From contig JAWPMS010000001.1 of NCBI GenBank assembly GCA_033344795.1, forward strand, positions 4,152,757-4,216,756: a stretch of DNA of 64,000 nucleotides. Reading direction: 5' to 3'. The notes beneath the pieces were generated by a model. That model saw only the letters and a list, made by a program, of their open reading frames with translations, had not been told where the DNA came from and ran no database searches. Source of the DNA: Acidimicrobiia bacterium (GTDB taxonomy: Bacteria > Actinomycetota > Acidimicrobiia > Acidimicrobiales > SHLQ01). Of the stretch, positions 9,201 to 18,200 are shown one piece after another. The number at the start of each line of letters is the position of its first letter. Positions within the stretch are counted from its first letter, which is position 1. The translations under genes and the position numbers were made by a program.

Positions 9201-12200
9201 CGTCGTTCGCGATGGAAACGACACCTTGGACAACGCGGCCCTTCAGACCAGCATTGCTTCGTTTGTCGGTGACGGCTTGTGGCACACCTACACGGTGACC
9301 GCCGACAGTTCCGCCGGTCTCACGGTCTCGATCGATGGCGTCGCCGTCGCTACCGACGCAACGCGAGGTACAGGGGTCGTCGATCCCACGGGTTCCGCCT
9401 ACTTCGGGACTCGACAGGATCTCGCCGCTGACCGTTGGTACGGCGGAAGTCTCGACTCGGTCCAGATCTACAACCGGGCGTTGACGGGAAGTGAAGTCAC
9501 CGATCTTCACGCCGGCACGAACCGCAGCACTGTGTCGATAACGGTCGCTCCATGCACCGTTGACACAGACGGAGATGGCCTCTGGGACTGCGAAGAAGAT
9601 GCCAACACCGACGCCGACGGCGACCCCGCGACCAACCCCGGCCCTGACACCGACGGCGACACCACCCCCAACTACCTCGACAACGACGACGACGACGACG
9701 GAGCACTGACCTCGGCAGAGAACGCCGACCCCAACAGCGACGGCGACCCACGAGACGCCCAAGACACCGACCACGACGGCGAACCCGACTACCTCGACAC
9801 CGAGGCTGGTGCCTCCAGGACTCCGGTCGCGGCCGAGCAGAAGATCTCCAACACCTCCGGGGGTCTGACGGGCTCCTGGAGCGCCTCAGATTGGGCCGGC
9901 ACTGCGGTCGCATCTATCGGTGACCTCGACGGCGACGGCATCACCGACATCGCGGTTGGCACCAACGGAGATGACGATGGGGGTGCCAACCACGGCGCCG
10001 TCTGGGTGCTGTTCCTCAACGCCGACGGCACAGTGAGGGCCGAGCAGAAGATCTCCGACACCGCGGGCGGGTTCACCGGCACCCTCGAATCCGGGGACCA
10101 GTTCGGCTCTGCGCTGACCGGCCCCGGTGACATCGACGGGGACGGCATCCCAGACCTCGTGGTTGGTGCCCGACTCGACGACGACGGCGGTTCGGGGCGC
10201 GGCGCCGCCTACATCCTCTTCCTCAACACCGACGGCACCGTGCGAGCCGAACAGAAGATCAGCGACGCCCAGGGCGGGCTCGCCACGACCCTCGACACCA
10301 ATGACGAATTCGGCCACGCAGTCGAGGGCATCGGCGACCTCGACGGAGACGGCATTCCCGACATCGCCGTAGGTGCATGGGGCGACGACGACGGCGGTTC
10401 GGGGCGCGGCGCCGTCTACATCCTCTTCCTCAACAGCGATGGGACTGTGCGAGCCGAACAGAAGATCTCCGACATCAGCGGTGGGCTGGCCGCATCGATC
10501 CCCGACGGCAGCAACTTCGGCGTCGGCCTGGGCGACATCGGCGACGTGGACAGTGACGGGATCACCGATCTGGCCGTCGGTGCCTGGAACGACACCGACG
10601 GCGGCAGCGCACGCGGTGCGGTCTACGTTCTGATGCTGAACGCCGACGGCACCGTTGCGGGCGAACAGAAGATCTCGGCGACGGCCGGCGGCTTCGGCGG
10701 CACCCTTGACGCCAGCGACGACTTCGGCGCGGGGGTCAGCGGCATTGGGGACGTCGACGGCGACGGCACCCCCGACCTCGCTGTAGGTGCTCCTCGCGAT
10801 GATGACGGGGGTTCTTCACGGGGTGCGGTGTGGCTCCTGACGCTGAACACCGATGGCACCGTGGGCACGACGAGCAAGATCTCGTCCACCGCTGGTGGGC
10901 TCACGGGTCCCTTGGACGACAACGACCAGTTCGGCTACGAGGTCACCAGCCTCGGCGATCTCGACGACGACGGGTCCCTCAACCTTCTGGTCGGCGCCTG
11001 GGGCGACAGCGACGGCGCATCGGCCGCCGGCGCCGGCTACATCCTCGACCTGTCTCCTCCGTCCTCCACCGTCACTGTCAACTCGACTGGTGACCTGGGC
11101 GACGCCACTCCGGGCGATGGCTCGTGCGATACCGGATTCCTCAACAGCGAGACCAACACCGAATGCACGCTGCGCGCTGCCATCGAAGAAGCGAACGCGT
11201 CCGCGGCCATCGACACGATCCACCTTGACATCCCGACGTCAGATTCCGGCTACGCCGCAGCGCCGCTCGCCTTCACCATCACGCCCGGATCCGTTCTGCC
11301 CGCGATCACGTCGTCGGTCGTTCTCGATGCCACGACACAAAGCGAGTACGCAGGTCGCCCTGTGATCCAACTCGACGGAAAGGACGCGACAGGCGCGACG
11401 GCAGGCATCCTCATTCACGCGGACGACGTCACCGTGAGCGGGTTCATCGTGCACAGCTTTGACGATGAGGGGATCGAGGTCTCCAACTTCAGCAGCAGCG
11501 CTGACCGCAGCACAATCATCAACAACTGGATCGGTATCGACGCATCTGAGGCCACGCGGGCGAACCTCGGCGATGGCGTGCTGGTCACGAGCGGTTCCGC
11601 TGCCAACACCATCGGAAGCCCGGGCCAAGGCAACGTCATCAGCGGAAACGTGGGCGCCGGTGTCTTGATCCGCGGTGTCGACAGCGACGACAACGTCGTG
11701 CAGGCAAACCTCATCGGTGTCGGCTCGGACGGCTCCACAGCCGTTCCGAATGGCAGCGATGGTATCCAGATCAGCGACACCACGACAGGCAACCGAATCG
11801 GTGGCACGCTGGCGACAGAAGCCAACACAATCGCCAACAACGGTGGCGATGGCGTCGCCGTCCTTGCGACGGCGGGATCCGACAACGCCGTTCTCCGAAA
11901 CGAAATCCACTCCAACGCTGGCATGGGAATCGACATCGATCCCAATGGGGTCAACGCCAACGACCCAGGTGATACCGACGGTCCCGGCCCAAATGACTTG
12001 CTCAACTACCCATCCATCACGTCTGCGACGACGAGCGGCATCATTGCGATATTGAACGGCACCTACGACGTGCCGGCCGGGAGCTATCGCTTCGACTTCT
12101 ACAAAAACCCCTCGGGGGCTGACGCCAGCGGCTTCGGCGAGGGCGAGCAGTGGGTGGCGACATCCACGCTGAGTCACAGCGGCTCTGGGGCCGAAGGCTG

Positions 12201-15200
12201 GGGTGCAGCATTTGTCGGCGCGGTTGGCGACATCATCACCATCACTGTCACCGAGGATCTCGGCGGCGGGAACTACGGGTCCACTTCGGAGTTCTCGAGC
12301 GCCGCATCGGTCACAGCTCCAGCGGTCGTGGTCAACTCAACTGGCGATGCAGCGGACCAGACTCCGGGCGATGGATCGTGCGACACCGGCGGGGTGAATT
12401 CTCAACTCGCGACCGAATGCACCCTGCGCGCTGCCATCGAAGAAGCGAACGCGCTCGCCGGCGGCGACACGATCGAGTTCAACATGCCGAGCAGCGAATC
12501 GGGCCACGCGAGCGGCGTGTGGACGATCTCTCCAGCCACCATCTACCCAGAACTGACCGAACGGGTCGAGCTGGACGCATCGTCACAACCTGGTTTCGTT
12601 GGTACACCGATTGTGGAGCTCGATGGCTCATCCCTCTCGGTGTCCTCCGAGCACGGATTACAACTCGGAGTAGGCAGCGACGGGACGACCGTCCGCGGGC
12701 TCTCCATCAGCTCGTTCCCCGGCGCCGGGCTCTACCTCGAGGGTTCCGACAGCCACACCATCGCAGGAAACTACATCGGCCTCAAGGCCGATGGTTCGAC
12801 CGCTGCTGGCAACCGCTACGGCATGTACATGAGCGCCTCGTCGTCGACGACAATCGGCGGAACCACACCTGCCGATCGCAACGTGATCTCCGCCAACACG
12901 TTCTCCGGAGTCGCGGTCTACAACAGCATCGGCTTGGGCCTCGAATCGTTGGACACCGTGATCATCGGCAACTACATCGGCACCGACAGCACTGGAATGT
13001 TGGCCCGCGGCAACGCTCGCGACGGCCTGTTCGTCGTCAACGGCTCATCGCGCACTCAAGTCGGTGGGTCCTCCCCCGGCGAAGGGAACCTCATCTCGGC
13101 AAACACCGATGCAGGTGTCTACGTGGGCTCGGGTTCGATGGTCGACACCGTTGTCGTCGGTAACACGATTGGCGTGAGCGTCGATGAATCGATCGAGCTT
13201 CCCAACGAAATAGGCGTCGAGGTCGGTTGGTCGGAGCGCACAATCGTGCGAGACAACGTCATCGGGTCGGCGACCAGTCATGGTGTGCTGCTCAGTTCCG
13301 CGGACAACGCTGTCGTCGCTGGCAACACCATCGGCACCGATGCAGCGGGGTCTGCGGCGTGGACCATCGGTGGTCACGGCGTGTTGCTCGAGAACACGAG
13401 CGAGCTCAACATGATCGGCGGAACGCTCACCGCCGACGCCAACACCATCACGAACGCTGCACTCTCGGGCGTCGCTGTTCCCGCGACGGCGGGATCCAAC
13501 AACAGCATCCTGCGCAACGAGATCGCAGCAAACACGGGACTCGGCATCGACCTCGATGTCGACGGCGTGACTCCAAACAGCAGCGTTGACGGCTGGTTGG
13601 ACTATCCGGACATCACCTCGGTCGTTTCATCCGGCGGCACGCTCACCACCGAGTTCGACCTCGATGTTCCTGCGGGTGCCTACCGAATCGAGTTCTTCAA
13701 CAACCTCTCTGGGGCCGATGCCAGCGGCTTTGGCGAAGGCGAGACGTTCGTCCACGCCACTACGGCGACGCACACGGGCTCGGGAACCGAGTCATTCTCC
13801 GTCAACTTCGCAGGTTCGTTCGGCGACATCATCACCGCCACAGCGACGCAGGACTTGGGCGGAGGCTCATTCGGATCCACGTCAGAGTTCTCCGGTGCCG
13901 TAGCTGTCTTGCCCGTGGCCGTGGTGAACTCGACCGGCGATTTGGGCGATGCCACGCCCGGTGATGACATCTGCGACACCGGTGGCACCAACTCTGGGCT
14001 CGACGCCGAATGCACGCTGCGGGCAGCCATCGAGGAAGCCAATGCATCGGCTGACGTCGACACGATCGAGTTCGACATGCCAACGTCCGAGGCAGGCCAC
14101 TCAGCCGGCGTGTGGATGATCGAGCCAGGGACGCAGCTCCCGGAGATCACACAGGTCGTCATGCTCGACGCCAGCACTCAACCTGGATGGACCGCCACGC
14201 CGATCGTCGAGATCGACGGCAGCAGCGCAGGCGCGACCACCGATGGCCTTCTCATCAGTGGCGACGACGTCACCATCTCGGGCCTCGCAATCAACCGCTT
14301 TGCCGCGGACGGTGTCAAAGTCCTCGTTGGTGCCCAAAACACCACACTTCGCTCGAACCACATCGGCCTCGATGCGTCGGGTCTGATCGACAGAGGCAAT
14401 GGCGACCGAGGCGTCGACCTGCAAGCCGGGTCGGGTCCAACGACCGTCGGCGGCACGAACGCGATCGACCGCAACGTCATCTCCGGCAACGGCGACGACG
14501 GCATCATCATCTTTGGTTCCGACGACAACATCGTCATCAACAACCTCATCGGAACGGACGTGTCCGGCCTCTCTGCTATCCCGAATGCCGCAGATGGGGT
14601 CGTGCTCGCCAGTGGAAGCGCCGACAACACGATCGGCCAGCCCGGGTTCGGCAACGTCCTCTCGGGCAACGCCAACGATGGCATCGAAATCGACGACACG
14701 ACCGGCCCGAACACCATTCAGAGCAACATCATTGGGCTGGGACTCGACGGGGACGCCCTGGTGCCGAACGGTCGTTACGGCATCGTCCTCTACAACGGAG
14801 CGAACACCACCCAGATCGGTGGCGGCGGAGCCGATCAGGGCAATGTCATCTCCGGCAATGCCACCGACGGCATCTACATTGATGGCAACAACAACGCGGC
14901 CACCACTGCGAACGTCATCGAAGGCAACCTGATCGGCACCGACGGCACGGGCACCCTCGAACGGGGCAACGTTCGCTACGGGATCAGGGTCGACAATGCT
15001 GCGACGTCGACGGTCATCGGTGGCCCCGGGGCGGGAAACACGATCTCCGGCAATGGCGATGATGGCATCTATCTCTCGGATTCGGGGACAGACAACACGA
15101 TCATCCAGGCCAACCACATCGGTACGAATGCCGCCGGTGATGATGCGATCCCGAACGGCGATCGTGGAGTTCAGATCGAGTCGGGAGCGTCGTTCACACA

Positions 15201-18200
15201 AGTGGGTGGCGCGGGCGCAGGCGAGGGCAACGTGATCTCGGCAAACCTCGGCGATGGGGTGATCATCGCCGACTGGTTGGCGCTTGGAACCACCGGCACG
15301 GTCGTCGAAGGGAACTTGATCGGCGTTGAAGCCGACGGTTCGACGCCTCTTGGAAATGGCGGCCACGGAGTGCACGTCGACCCGGTCACCGGCAACCGTA
15401 TTGGCGGAACCGCTGTCGGCGCCGGAAATGTCATCGCCAACAACGGTGCGACCGGGACGCAGATGGCGCCGACCTCAGGCACGAATACCGTTCTCGGCAA
15501 CTCCATCTACGCGAATGCCGACATTGGATTGGGCCTCGGCTGGGATGGAGTGACCCCGAACGACCCCGGTGATGTGGATAGCGGACCCAACGGATTGCTC
15601 AACTTTCCCGAAGTCACCGCGGCGTCGGTGTCGGCCGGTTCGGTGACCGTCGACTTCGAGCTCGACGTACCCGCTGGCGATTACCGCATCGAGTTCTTCA
15701 CCAACCCTTCGGGCGCGGATCCGACGGGTTACGGAGAGGGTGAGGTCCTTGCGGACGCACTCACGATTTCTCACACGGGCTCGGGCGTCGAGTCATTCTC
15801 GACAAGCTTTGCCGGCGCGATCGGTGACGTGATCACCGCCACGGCGACAGAGGACCTCGGCGGATCTCATGGAGCCACGTCGGAATTCTCGGCAGCCGCG
15901 ACAGCCACCGCCACCGACACGATCGTCAACTCGACGGGCGACGCAGGCGACGCCGCTGTTGGCGACGGCGTTTGTGACACGGGGGCCCTCAACAGCGCCG
16001 GCGTGACGGAATGTACGCTCCGCGCCGCGGTGCAGGAGAGCAACAACCTCGGGGCGGCGGCGATCGTCTTTGACATCCCCGCTACCGAGTCCGGTCATGA
16101 TGCCGGTGTGTGGACCATCTCACCGAGCGCTCCATTCGACGACCTCACCGCTCCGGTGAGCATCGATGGTTCGACGCAACCCGGATGGAGCACCACGCCG
16201 GTCATCCAGATCGACGGGTCGGGATCCGGAGCGGCCGCAGACGGCTTCCGGCTGCTTACTGGTTCCGACGGTTCTGAGATCCGCAGCCTTTCAATTGGCA
16301 TCTACGACTCAGACGCGCTCGAGATCCAAAGCAATGATGTGGTCATCGCCGGCAACCACCTCGGCCTCGACGCTGCAGGCACAACTGCGACCCCCATGGC
16401 GACTGGGGCAGGAGTCAACATCTCCGGCGCAGCGCGGACCACGATTGGGGGATCGACCGCGGTTGACCGCAACGTTATTGCGGGTGGGCCCAACGGTGTC
16501 ATCGTCGGCGGTGCCTCGACCGACACCGTGATCATCGGCAACTACATCGGAACGGACGTGACGGGTTCGGCTACGGCTGTCACCTTCAGCCAATACAGCA
16601 TCTACGTTCTCGGCGGCAGCGCCGACACCAGGATCGGTGGACCGCTGACGACCGACCGCAACATCATCGCATCACGCGGGATCTACATCAGAGACGAAAC
16701 CTCCGACAACGTGCTGATCGAGAACAACTCGATCGGCGTGGGAGCGGATGGGACGAGCCCTGTCAGCGTGGCCTCACGCGCCATTCTCGTCTCGGGAGGC
16801 TCCGATGACATCGATGTGATCGACAACGTGATTGGCAACGCGTACCGCGCGGTCGAGATCAACGGCGCAACCACAAACAGCACGGTGCGGGGCAACACGA
16901 TCGGCACCGATGCAGGTTTGACAACCGACCATGGCACGACCGTGGAGGCCATCGAGATCAGCGGTGGCGCCGCCGGCATCCAGATCGGCGGCACGACGCC
17001 AGCGGAGGCCAACCGTATCCAGTTCGTCGGTCTTGGCTTCCCAGCGATCAGCGTCGCTGACGCCGCAACCGATGACGTGCACGTGATGGGCAATTCCATC
17101 CTGCATGATCACGGTGCCATCGACCTCGGAGCCGACGGCCCAACGTCCAACGACCCTGGCGACATCGACGGCGGCGCAAACGACCTGCTCAACTTCCCAA
17201 CTCTGACGGTGACCAACACGACCGGAAGCGGGCCGTTCACCGTCGACCTGGACGTCACTCTCGACACGGCGGCAGGTGATCATCGAATCGAGATCTACTC
17301 GAACGCTGACCCTGGATTCGGTGGGCTGGGCAAGGGCGAGGTTCTCGAGCACACGTTCACGTTCACACACACCGGCAGCGGCCCCGAAACCGTGTCGACG
17401 ACATATGTCGGCTCGTCGTCGACCGCGTTGTCCGCTACGGCGACCGAAGAGTTCGGTGGTGGCACATACGGGTCAACGTCGGAGATGTCACCGATTGCGG
17501 CCATCGCTGCAGACGCGGTCGTGAACTCGACCGGTGACTTGGGCGACGCCGACCTGAACGACGGACAGTGCGACACGGGCGGCACGAACAGCGACGGTGC
17601 CACCGAGTGCACGTTCCGGGCAGCGATCGAACAAACCAACCGGGCCATCGCCTCGAGAGTGGATTTCGCCATCCCGAACACAGACTCCGGCTACGACGTC
17701 GGCGGCTACTGGACCATCAACCAGGCCACCGACTACGAGGACATTTTCGCCTCGACGACCGTCGATGGCAGCACCCAGCCTGGATGGGACGGGTCACGTC
17801 CAGTCGTGTTCATCAACGACAACTCCTCGGGAACCGACCATTTGACCGCATTCGGGGACGACGTCACGCTGCGCTCGCTCGCCCTGGGAAACCCAGGTGA
17901 CGATGGGGTTCAAATCGAAGGCAACCGGGCCACGCTCGATGACCTGTGGATCGGCATCGACCCCACGGGAGCTGATGCAGGGCGTCCTGGAACGGGCAAC
18001 GAAGGTGTCATCGTCTACAACGGGGCCACAGACCTCCTGATTTCCGACAGCCGTATCGCCGGCTTCGACTCCGGCATCATCTCGAACTCTGGGACCATCG
18101 ACGCGACGGTCAGCAACACCGAGATCTTCAATAACCGCAACGGCGGTATCGCGTTCGACAATCTCGGCCGCGTCACCGCGATTGGCAACTCGATCCACGA

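Noticed and set aside
9826-11055. Regularly spaced ~207-bp repeats (and the 246-bp repeats at 22706-23668), considered as a possible CRISPR or other non-coding array.
   Set aside because: The periods are multiples of 3, lie inside long ORFs and translate into conserved FG-GAP or Ig-like protein repeats. There is no short-repeat/unique-spacer structure and there are no cas genes.
11239-15375. Long minus-strand ORFs (11239-12177, 13680-14177, 14101-15375 and others) and off-frame plus-strand ORFs inside the giant gene.
   Set aside because: All are antisense or out of frame to a continuous 15-kb frame with six-fold conserved protein motifs. Their translations are low-complexity R/G/D/V-rich sequence.
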